Positions 35,622 through 44,050 of a stretch of 52,702 nucleotides of DNA are shown one piece after another (the first letter of the stretch is position 1; each line of letters opens with the position of its first letter). Origin of the DNA: Candidatus Hydrogenedentota bacterium (GTDB lineage Bacteria > Hydrogenedentota > Hydrogenedentia > Hydrogenedentales > JAEUWI01); contig JAJRPE010000175.1 of assembly GCA_024280935.1 (NCBI GenBank), positions 1-52,702 on the forward strand, written 5' to 3'. The position numbers and the translations under genes were made by a program. The notes beneath the pieces are model-generated. The model saw only the letters and a list, made by a program, of their open reading frames with translations, was not told the DNA's origin and did not search any database.

Positions 35622-36557
35622 ATGATGCATGTTTTCAATGATGTTACAACCTGCACCTGTTCCTTCCCCAATCTTGTTCTGACTATCGGTAGCTTCGACG
35701 GGTTTCATCGTGGACACCAGTACATCCTGGAGGAAGTTACCCGCATCGCAAAAGAGCGGGGGGGGACCTCGGGCCTCATGACACTCTGTCCCAACCCCAA
35801 GGCCTTTTTCAATCCCGAATCGCGATTGGAGCTACTCACCGTCGCAGCGGAGAAGGAAGCGCTTCTGGAGGCGGCAGGGCTTGATGCCTATTTCGTACTG
35901 CCCTTTGACGAGCACGTTGCCCAGATTGATCGAGCGTCTTTTCTTCGCGATATCGTCTTGGGGCGATGCGGGGCGCGTTGCCTGGTCGTCGGCCATGATT
36001 TTTCTTTTGGCGCCGGTGCCCGTGGGGATTTTGCCTATCTCAGCGACGTGGCCGATAGCATGGGCCTCGATGTGGTGCGCCTGCCCGCCTTGGAATGTGG
36101 CGAAGAACGCATAAGCAGCACCCAGATCCGGGCACTAGTCACCGCAGGTGATATGGAACGGGTTACAGCACTGTTGGGACGCCCCTACACACTCCGGGGC
36201 AAGGTTGTTCGGGGGCGAGGACTGGGGAAGGGGCTGGGTTTTCCCACGGCAAACATTGAGCCGCCGGAGAACCTCCTGCCCGCCTTCGGGATTTATGCCG
36301 CGCAGGCATACTGGGGTGAAAACCAAGCGATGGGCGCGGTCAACATTGGCGTGGCACCAACCGTTGAACATACGAGTCCAATGATTGAAGTGCATCTGCT
36401 GGATGTCGAGGCGGAGCTTGTAGGTCAAGAGCTTACTATCGCGCTTTATCATCGACTTCGCGGTGAAAAAAAGTTTCCTGACCTGCCGACCTTGAAAGCG
36501 GCCATTAAGAACGATATAGTGGAAATACGCGGCTTTTTTGAAGTACACGGCGCTTGA
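35622..36557 (+). CDS. ribF: Bifunctional riboflavin kinase / FMN adenylyltransferase
   Basis: LTIGSFDGFHRGHQYIL, and kinase part LRGKVVRGRGLGKGLGFPTANI. Confidence 0.93.
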   Translation: MMHVFNDVTTCTCSFPNLVLTIGSFDGFHRGHQYILEEVTRIAKERGGTSGLMTLCPNPKAFFNPESRLELLTVAAEKEALLEAAGLDAYFVLPFDEHVAQIDRASFLRDIVLGRCGARCLVVGHDFSFGAGARGDFAYLSDVADSMGLDVVRLPALECGEERISSTQIRALVTAGDMERVTALLGRPYTLRGKVVRGRGLGKGLGFPTANIEPPENLLPAFGIYAAQAYWGENQAMGAVNIGVAPTVEHTSPMIEVHLLDVEAELVGQELTIALYHRLRGEKKFPDLPTLKAAIKNDIVEIRGFFEVHGA

Positions 36558-36744
36558 AAAGGGGCTTGCAGCGCAACTCCACTGCGTGGACTCCGTTTCT
36601 CAAAGCGACGCTACAACGATAGCCACGGAAGTTCATTTTCCCCAACAGGGTTTAATTTACACCGAGAACATTATTTGCGGCACTATAATGGCTCTGGGTA
36701 CGTCTCGCAGGGAGCGTGCCGCCCCGGACGTTAGAAAGACTACG

Positions 36745-38622
36745 ATGTATTGTTTGAATACGCAGGAATCTCGGCTGTGCGCCAGCCTCCTGAACCGGCT
36801 TCAAGGTGCTTCTTGTGCCTTGGCCGTTCTTTTTTTCTGTGCCGGATTCTCCTCCTGCTCAACAACACACTACAAAGCCCGCGCTGATCGGGAGGTCTAC
36901 GAAATCATCGAAGGCAAGTCTGCCCACGTGGTGGGCATGACCGACGAATTCAGCATCGAAGAGTCCCCTGAAGACGATGTGCTGGCAGGACTACCCCATA
37001 CCGGAACCGCCGAATTGGCGCTGGGGGAGTCTCGTGCCGCCGATGAGGGTGCCGCCGTCTTATCGCTGGAACAGGCCCTGCGGCTTGCGGTTAGCAACAG
37101 CCGAACCTTTCAAAACCAGAAGGAACGCCTCTACCTGTCGGCCCTCTCACTCACCCTGGATCGCTATCGCTACACGCCTATTTTTTCTGGCGGGGTGTCG
37201 GGAGACTATGCACGCAGTACAACGGATATTTTAGAGAACACGGATCTCAGCAAGGCGTTGGCCTCAGGCAATGCCATTATCGATGACTTGGAGGCCTTGA
37301 CCGGTACCCAAGCCGACCTGCTCAACGCGTACGCCGCCGTGGTGGAAGCCGCAGGTGATGTTGCGGGTCTTACGGGCACTGAAAGCGAGATAGTGAGCAA
37401 TCGTTCCACATCGGGGCAAACACGGGTCGGCGTGGATTGGCTGCTCAAAGGTGGGGGGCGCGTCGCCCTGGATCTAACCTCCAACTTCCTTCGCTTCCTG
37501 GCCGGTGACTCGGGCACCTTCACTTCCTCCGTCTTGTCCGGTTCATTGACCCAGCCCCTGCTGCGTGGCGCCGGATCCAAGGTTGCCGCAGAACGCCTCA
37601 CCCAGGCCGAGCGCAACGTGCTCTATGCCCTCCGTGAATATAGTCGGTTCCGCAAACGCTTTGCGGTCCAGGTGTGCTCCGCTTACTATGGGGTGCTCCA
37701 AGACTTGGATACGGTGCGAAACAACTGGAACAGCTACCAGAACCTCCAACGAAACGCCGAACGGGAGCGGAATTTCGCGGTGGAAGGCCGGAGTACCTTG
37801 GCCAGTGTGGGCCGCCAGGAGTCCGCTGTCCTCAATGCGGACAACCGGTGGACAAACTCCGTTCGCAACTACCGCGAAGGACTGGACGAATTTAAGATTC
37901 TCTTGGGACTGTCCACCCAGGCTGCCATTGTGCTGGACAACGACGAACTCCCGGCACTCCGGGAGGCGGGCCTTAAACACCCGACTATTCCGATGGAAGA
38001 TGCCGTGGCGGTGGCATTCAATGCACGACTCGACCTCTATAATGTGCGTGAGGAGACGGAAGACGCTGCGCGCCTTGTCGATGTGGCGGCCAACGCCTTG
38101 CTACCCGATGTAAATCTTGTGGCCGATGCCTCGCTGCGGTCATCCGGGGAGGACAATGCCCAGCAGCTCGACTTTCGTCGCACCAACTGGAATGCGGGAC
38201 TGGATGTGGACCTGCCCTTTGATCGCAAGTCCGAACGAAATTCTTACCGCCGGACGCTGATAGCCTATGAGCGTGCCCGTCGAGAGTTATCCCTGGCGGA
38301 AGATGGCATATCGCTGGAGGTGCGAAGTGCGTGGCGCAATCTGGAGTCTGCCCGCCGAAATTATCTGATTGCACAAAAGAGTGTGGAGCTGAACCTGCGC
38401 CGTGTTGAGGAGCAGGAACTCCTGGCCGAATTGGGGCAAGGCTCCGCCCTTGACCAGGTTGATGCCCAAAACAACCTTACGGAGTCCCAGAACGGACTTA
38501 CGAGTTCCTTGATAAACCATACGCTGGCCCGACTACAGTTCTGGCTGGACATGGGAATTCTCTATATTAAAGAAAATGGTCAGTGGGAGGAAATCGCTGA
38601 TGACTACCAACGTGAATCCTGA
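36745..38622 (+). CDS. TolC-family outer-membrane efflux protein (long form)
   Basis: Two OEP repeats (LSLEQALRLAVSNSRTFQ..., EDAVAVAFNARLDLYN...). Signal with a Cys-containing end ...LFFCAGFSSC. The start is uncertain (36688 or 36745; the TTG at 36538 is rejected). Confidence 0.85.
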   Translation: MYCLNTQESRLCASLLNRLQGASCALAVLFFCAGFSSCSTTHYKARADREVYEIIEGKSAHVVGMTDEFSIEESPEDDVLAGLPHTGTAELALGESRAADEGAAVLSLEQALRLAVSNSRTFQNQKERLYLSALSLTLDRYRYTPIFSGGVSGDYARSTTDILENTDLSKALASGNAIIDDLEALTGTQADLLNAYAAVVEAAGDVAGLTGTESEIVSNRSTSGQTRVGVDWLLKGGGRVALDLTSNFLRFLAGDSGTFTSSVLSGSLTQPLLRGAGSKVAAERLTQAERNVLYALREYSRFRKRFAVQVCSAYYGVLQDLDTVRNNWNSYQNLQRNAERERNFAVEGRSTLASVGRQESAVLNADNRWTNSVRNYREGLDEFKILLGLSTQAAIVLDNDELPALREAGLKHPTIPMEDAVAVAFNARLDLYNVREETEDAARLVDVAANALLPDVNLVADASLRSSGEDNAQQLDFRRTNWNAGLDVDLPFDRKSERNSYRRTLIAYERARRELSLAEDGISLEVRSAWRNLESARRNYLIAQKSVELNLRRVEEQELLAELGQGSALDQVDAQNNLTESQNGLTSSLINHTLARLQFWLDMGILYIKENGQWEEIADDYQRES

Positions 38623-40387
38623 TACAAATGCGATAACAAAGAAGAAGCCAACCCGGCGAACCCTTACGATCTTCGTAGCTGTGATCGCTGTCGTGGCCCT
38701 TTACGTCCTGTTTGGCGGGGGCGAGGAAGAGGAAACGAGTCGGGGCACGACCTTCGAGGCCATCCGGGGTGACTTGGAAATCACGGTGGTCGAGGGGGGA
38801 AGCGTCGAAGCCAAGGAATCGCAACAACTGAAATGCGAGGTTCAAGGGCAAACCAAGATTCTTTCTATCGTTGAAGAGGGCTACCTCGTAACCGCCGAGG
38901 ACGTGGCGGAGGGCAAGGTATTGGTCGAACTGGATTCCAAGGAGCTTCTTGACCGTTTGACGGAGCAGGAACTGCAATACCAGAACGCCTTGGCCAGCTT
39001 CACGGAAGCTCGGGAACAGTATGGCATCCAAATCAACCAAAACCAGAGCGATGTGAAAGCGGCGGAGTTGGACAGCAAATTCGCCCTGATGGATCTGAAG
39101 AAATACCTGGGCGAGGATGTGGCCACCGAAATCGCCGCCCTAGTAGAGGCAAATTTTCTGTCCGACCAACCCGGTGTGGCGGCGGGTAGTGAGCGCGAGG
39201 ATGGGCCGCCAGAGGAGGTGGAGGTTTCCGTTTCCGTTGCGCGGGATTCAGAGACGGGAAAAATACGGATGGAGAGCAGCACACCCACGGATGTAGATAT
39301 CGATTTTTCGAAATACGCAAAGTTGGAATCCTTGGAAGACGGCGAAGCCCGCCAAAAACTCCTGAAACTTGAAGATGATGTTGATCTCGCCCAAGAAGAT
39401 GTTGGCTTGGCGATATCCAAATTGGAAGGGACAAAAAGGCTCTTTGCGAAGGATTTTGTTACAAAAATTGAATTGGACAATGACGAGCTTGCCCTCAAGC
39501 GCAAGACCCTCAACAAAAAGTCTGCCGAGACCGACATAAAGCTCTACGTGAAATATGAGTTTCCAAAGCAAGCGGAAAAACTGCTATCCGACTACGAAGA
39601 GTCCTTGCGAGCACTCCAACGTGCCCGAAAGCTGGCGGTCTCGAAGTTGGCGCAAGCCGAGGCCAAACTTAATTCCGCCGAGGCGCGTTATGCGCTGCAA
39701 AGTCGAAAGCGGGATGAATTGAACGAACAGATCACAAAGTGTGTGATTCGCGCCACAAAGCCCGGCCTGGCGGTCTACGGCGCAGGGGGGCGCAGTTACT
39801 ATCGCAACAATGACCGCATTGAGGAAGGGGCCGCCGTCCGAGAGCGCCAGGTAATCATCACGATTCCTGACACCACCCAAATGACCGTAAACGTCAAAGT
39901 GCATGAGTCTTACGTGAAACGCGTAAAGAAGGGCCAACGGGCGCGGATTAGGGTCGACGCTTTTCCCGACGAACTTCTCGAAGGCGAAGTACTTAAAATC
40001 GGTGTCTTGCCCGATTCTCAAAACCGTTGGATGAACCCGGACCTCAAGGTATACGCTACCACCATCTTGATCGATGGTCAGCACGACTGGCTCAAGCCGG
40101 GCATGAGCTCGGAAGGCGAAATCATTATTGAAGCCCTCAATAATGTGGTCATGGTTCCCCTGCAGGCGGTAACGCAGGATAACGGCGATACGGTGGTCTA
40201 TCTCGCCGAACGCGGCATGGAGCGGCGTGTGGTGGAGACCGGTTCCTTCGACACAACATTCATCGAGATAACATCGGGTCTGGAACCCGGCGAGGTCGTT
40301 GCGCTGCGGGCTCCCCTGTCCGTCGACCGGGGCGAGGCCACGGAGCGTGACAAAAACGGACAAAAGAAACGCGGCGAGGCCGCATAA
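38600..40387 (+). CDS. HlyD/MacA-type periplasmic adaptor (membrane fusion protein), 595 aa with an extended coiled-coil region
   Basis: N-terminal anchor TLTIFVAVIAVVALYVLF, a barrel-sandwich start (IRGDLEITVVEGGSVEA), long heptad-rich E/K/L/A stretches, and C-terminal beta domains. GGAGG 9 nt upstream of ATG 38600. Confidence 0.85.
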   Translation: MTTNVNPDTNAITKKKPTRRTLTIFVAVIAVVALYVLFGGGEEEETSRGTTFEAIRGDLEITVVEGGSVEAKESQQLKCEVQGQTKILSIVEEGYLVTAEDVAEGKVLVELDSKELLDRLTEQELQYQNALASFTEAREQYGIQINQNQSDVKAAELDSKFALMDLKKYLGEDVATEIAALVEANFLSDQPGVAAGSEREDGPPEEVEVSVSVARDSETGKIRMESSTPTDVDIDFSKYAKLESLEDGEARQKLLKLEDDVDLAQEDVGLAISKLEGTKRLFAKDFVTKIELDNDELALKRKTLNKKSAETDIKLYVKYEFPKQAEKLLSDYEESLRALQRARKLAVSKLAQAEAKLNSAEARYALQSRKRDELNEQITKCVIRATKPGLAVYGAGGRSYYRNNDRIEEGAAVRERQVIITIPDTTQMTVNVKVHESYVKRVKKGQRARIRVDAFPDELLEGEVLKIGVLPDSQNRWMNPDLKVYATTILIDGQHDWLKPGMSSEGEIIIEALNNVVMVPLQAVTQDNGDTVVYLAERGMERRVVETGSFDTTFIEITSGLEPGEVVALRAPLSVDRGEATERDKNGQKKRGEAA

Positions 40388-41085
40388 TGACTGTAGCCGT
40401 AGCGAGTATTGCCCGCCTGGAGCAGGTCACAAAAACGTATTATATGGGTTCCGAAAAGCTTGACGCGCTGGGCGGCATCGATATCGATATTCTTGAAGGC
40501 GAATATGTGGCCATTATGGGGCCTTCGGGTTGCGGTAAATCGACGTTGTTGAACATTCTGGGCTGCCTGGACAGGCCGACATCGGGACACTACATTCTTG
40601 GGGATGTGGACGTATCCCAGATGGAGGACGATAGCCTGTCGGAGGTTCGCGGAAGCAAGCTCGGCTTCATTTTTCAATCCTACAATCTCATACAGCAGCT
40701 TACCGTGATTGAAAATATTGAGGTGCCCCTGTACTACCAGGGAATCGCGGGGGAGGCGAGCCGGGATATCGCGGTGGAAATGGCGAAGCGGGTGGGCTTG
40801 GGTGATCGACTGGACCACAAGCCCTTTGAGCTTTCTGGTGGCCAGCAACAGCGCGTTGGTATCGCCCGCTCACTTGTGAACGATCCTATCGTCTTGTTGG
40901 CCGACGAACCCACGGGCAATCTGGATTCACGTTCTGGCGCGGAAATTCTGGATCTCTTCAATGAACTGCACGGGCAGGGAAAAACCATCCTTATGGTGAC
41001 CCACGACGACGATATTTGCAATCAATCGCAACGTGTTATCCGGCTCCGGGATGGCCTGGTGGAATCGGACATCCGCAATGGATAA
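40387..41085 (+). CDS. ABC transporter ATP-binding protein (MacB/LolD type)
   Basis: GPSGCGKST, LSGGQQQRVGIARSL, LLADEPTGNLD. 1-nt overlap with the MFP stop. Confidence 0.95.
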   Translation: MTVAVASIARLEQVTKTYYMGSEKLDALGGIDIDILEGEYVAIMGPSGCGKSTLLNILGCLDRPTSGHYILGDVDVSQMEDDSLSEVRGSKLGFIFQSYNLIQQLTVIENIEVPLYYQGIAGEASRDIAVEMAKRVGLGDRLDHKPFELSGGQQQRVGIARSLVNDPIVLLADEPTGNLDSRSGAEILDLFNELHGQGKTILMVTHDDDICNQSQRVIRLRDGLVESDIRNG

Positions 41086-42385
41086 CCGCGTACTCGCTAC
41101 GAAGAATGTCAACCCATTTACACCGGCGCGACTCCGCCGAACCATCATTCTTGGCTTCAAGAGCCTCTGGCTGCACCGCCTTCGTTCACTCCTCACCGTC
41201 CTCGGCATCGTCTTCGGCGTTTGCTCGGTAATCGCCATGCTTGCCGTGGGCGAGGGCGCGAGCTACGAGGCTCAGGAGCAAATACGGCGGCTCGGCAGCA
41301 ACAACATCATTCTCCATAGCGTGAAGCCGCCGGATACGGACAGCAACTCTACGGAGCAAACCTACGTCATCGAGTATGGTCTCACCTACAAAGACCTCGA
41401 ACGCATCCGGGGTACGATCCCCGGTGTCACCGTGGTGGTGCCCAATCGAATCATGCGCAAGCGTATCTGGCGGGCCACTTATCGAGCGGATGCGGATATC
41501 GTCGGCACGGTGCCTTGGTTTCCAGAAATGAAGAAGCTTCGCCTGGCCGAGGGCCGTTTTTTCTCTGACTTGGAAAGCTACGAAAAAACCAACGTCTGCG
41601 TTCTGAGCGCATCGTTGGCGCCGAAGCTCTTCCCCCTGAAAAAACCAATTGGGCAGAAGGTGCGCGTGGGCAGTAATTATTACCAGGTGATTGGCGTTAT
41701 CGATGTGGAGACTGGGCGCCCCGGCTCTTCCGACGAAGGGAGCCGCCTGGATCGCCTTTACATTCCACTCACTACGGCACGGGCCCGGTTTGGAGAAATA
41801 CTTCGCAAACGAAGCAGCGGCAGTTTTGAGAACGAAAAAGTACAACTCCACGAGGCCATTGTCCAGGTCCACAATCAGCAGGAGGTGGAAGAAATTGCAC
41901 TGATTATCGAGGGCATCCTGCAGCGGCACCACAAGAAGCGTGATTTTGAGCTGGAGGTTCCTCTCGAATTGCTCCGCTCAGCCGAAGCGACGGCCCGTAC
42001 TTTCAATATTTTGCTCGGATCCATCGCGGCCATCTCCCTGCTCGTTGGCGGCATCGGCATTATGAATATCATGCTGGCCAGCGTCACCGAACGGACCCGT
42101 GAAATAGGTATTCGACGTGCCCTGGGTGCCAAGCGCAGGGACATCATCACCCAGTTCCTTATTGAGACCGTGCTCCTCTCGGCTACGGGCGGTGCTTTGG
42201 GCGTGATCATCGGCATTATGATACCCATCGGCATTGGGGCCATGACCGACATGAAGACCATCGTGACGCCCGAAGGCCCTATCCTGGCCTTTTCCATATC
42301 GGCGGTGGTCGGTATCATTTTCGGAATTTACCCGGCCATACGGGCCGCCAACATGGACCCCGTGGAGGCCTTGCGCCACGAATAG
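41078..42385 (+). CDS. ABC transporter permease (MacB_PCD + FtsX domains)
   Basis: TM1 LLTVLGIVFGVCSVIAMLAVGEG, a periplasmic domain of about 230 aa, and C-terminal FtsX TMs with REIGIRRALGAKRRDI. 8-nt overlap with the ATPase gene. Confidence 0.92.
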   Translation: MDNRVLATKNVNPFTPARLRRTIILGFKSLWLHRLRSLLTVLGIVFGVCSVIAMLAVGEGASYEAQEQIRRLGSNNIILHSVKPPDTDSNSTEQTYVIEYGLTYKDLERIRGTIPGVTVVVPNRIMRKRIWRATYRADADIVGTVPWFPEMKKLRLAEGRFFSDLESYEKTNVCVLSASLAPKLFPLKKPIGQKVRVGSNYYQVIGVIDVETGRPGSSDEGSRLDRLYIPLTTARARFGEILRKRSSGSFENEKVQLHEAIVQVHNQQEVEEIALIIEGILQRHHKKRDFELEVPLELLRSAEATARTFNILLGSIAAISLLVGGIGIMNIMLASVTERTREIGIRRALGAKRRDIITQFLIETVLLSATGGALGVIIGIMIPIGIGAMTDMKTIVTPEGPILAFSISAVVGIIFGIYPAIRAANMDPVEALRHE

Positions 42386-42386
42386 G

Positions 42387-42562
42387 GTAACGTGTGCGTT
42401 CACAGTCGGCAGGCGTGCGGACTTTCCAGTCCGCAATAAAGGCAGCGCGATACCAGCACAGGCCGCTTGGCACGCTTGTATCACTCACGGTCCTCGGTGC
42501 ATACAACGCGTACCTTGTGCCGGGTAAGAAAACCCGTCCTCCCGTTTTCCGTGGACGCTTAC
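42387..42562. mobile_element. MITE-like element with BC-type cargo, copy 2; termini GTAACGTGTGCGTTCAC / GTGGACGCTTAC
   Basis: The BC core 42405-42552 aligns with 4825-4972. Shell-like termini are recognisable. No clean TSD. Confidence 0.65.
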
Positions 42563-42700
42563 TGAATCTCTTCGTTCCGAAAGTTCCCGAGTGACCGGTC
42601 CGCGAACTGTCGCCTTTACCCAATCAACCGTGGTGTCGTGCATCCAGCATCTTTCGTCTGCTACGCTATCGCCCAAGACAAAAGCACGCAGAAAGACACC

Positions 42701-43555
42701 ATGCCCCTTCCACGAACGCCCGTAGCGGCCACATTTCCCGGATATGCGGGCCTCAACCTGAACGTCTGGGATTATGGCGGCGATGGACCGCCCCTACTCT
42801 TCGCCCATTGCACGGGAACCCTGGCCCGCATCTGGGATGTTGTCGTTGCGGAGCTAAACGATGCTTTCCGTGTTCTGGCCGTAGATACACGGGGGCACGG
42901 CGATTCAGCGACACCACCAACGCGCGAAGACTACGCCTGGTCCTGCTCGGGACAGGATCTCATGGCGGTGCTCACCCATTTCAATTTGGGAAAAGGCATC
43001 GGCGCGGTGGGTCATTCGGCAGGCGGTGCCCACGTTGCCTATGCGGAACATTCAAGCCCTGGGACTTTTGGGAAGATTCTGCTCATTGACCCCATCATAG
43101 GACCTCGGGAGTATTTTTCCGGGAAGAACCCCCTCGCCGAAAAAGTGCGCTACCGCATTAACGACTTCGACGGGCTTGCCCAGGCACGGGAACGCTTGGT
43201 CTCCAAGCCGCCCATGACGCACTGGGTCGCGGGCGCGGTGGATGCCTACATGGCCCACGCTTTTAACGTTACCGACGATGGCCGTTGTTCCCTCAAGTGC
43301 CCCGGCGACCGGGAAGCCTGGTACTACGAGCTCGGTGGTGCCAGTGACGTCTATGAGACGCTGGAGACCTTCCAGTGCAAAACCTGCCTGGTGACGGGCT
43401 CCGAGAGCTACGTGCAGCCCCTGGTTGCAGCCCAGCAGGCCCGGATACCCAACGCGCAACGCGAAGTTGTGCCCGGCGTGGGACATTTCGTGCCCCAGGA
43501 CAAACCTGTGGAAACAGCGGCGCTCATCGCCGCGTGGTTTGGCTCGGAACGATAA
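42701..43555 (+). CDS. Alpha/beta-fold hydrolase
   Basis: PLLFAHCTG, nucleophile elbow GHSAGG, and C-terminal GVGHFVPQDKP. Confidence 0.85.
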   Translation: MPLPRTPVAATFPGYAGLNLNVWDYGGDGPPLLFAHCTGTLARIWDVVVAELNDAFRVLAVDTRGHGDSATPPTREDYAWSCSGQDLMAVLTHFNLGKGIGAVGHSAGGAHVAYAEHSSPGTFGKILLIDPIIGPREYFSGKNPLAEKVRYRINDFDGLAQARERLVSKPPMTHWVAGAVDAYMAHAFNVTDDGRCSLKCPGDREAWYYELGGASDVYETLETFQCKTCLVTGSESYVQPLVAAQQARIPNAQREVVPGVGHFVPQDKPVETAALIAAWFGSER

Positions 43556-43560
43556 GAAGA

Positions 43561-43961
43561 GATAAGCTTTTACAACAGAATACACTCGTTCTTGATGTTG
43601 CCTTGGTGGCATGAAAAAGGACTTGTTTTGAGCGCCAACGGCGCGTTTTATACCAGCCTGGGGCAACGCCCCAGGACAGAGAAAACTCGAATGCTGAGGG
43701 CTGAAAGCCCGATATATCCGTTGACTTCACACCTATGCCTCATCCTATTCAGCACCATCTATTTTTCGTACTGAGAGTCAATTTAACAATTACGGAACTC
43801 ATTGGATTGGGGTATAGTACATGGATCGGGCTTTCAGCCCTCTTCTCCTCTTGACATGTTACCTGGGGCGTTGCCCCAGGCTGGTATGGATTCGGGCCGT
43901 TGGCCCTGTTTTGGACAATTGAACGTATGTCTATATCCATGAATAACGCCTAAACGCTTAC
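43561..43961. repeat. 400-bp element with degenerate shell termini (GATAAGCTTTTAC / TAAACGCTTAC) enclosing an 85-95-bp inverted repeat around an AT-rich 100-bp core
   Basis: Arms at 43631-43719 and 43820-43914 (gccaacggc...ataccagcctggggcaacgccccagg...gagggctgaaagcccgat versus its reverse complement). Core at 43720-43819. Confidence 0.75.
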
Positions 43962-44050
43962 AGAGAATATTCGTAAACAACATCAGACTGAGAATCAAGT
44001 GCTGGAAGTCTGTATCGATACGCCTGTCATTTTTCAGTTGGAGATCTTTC

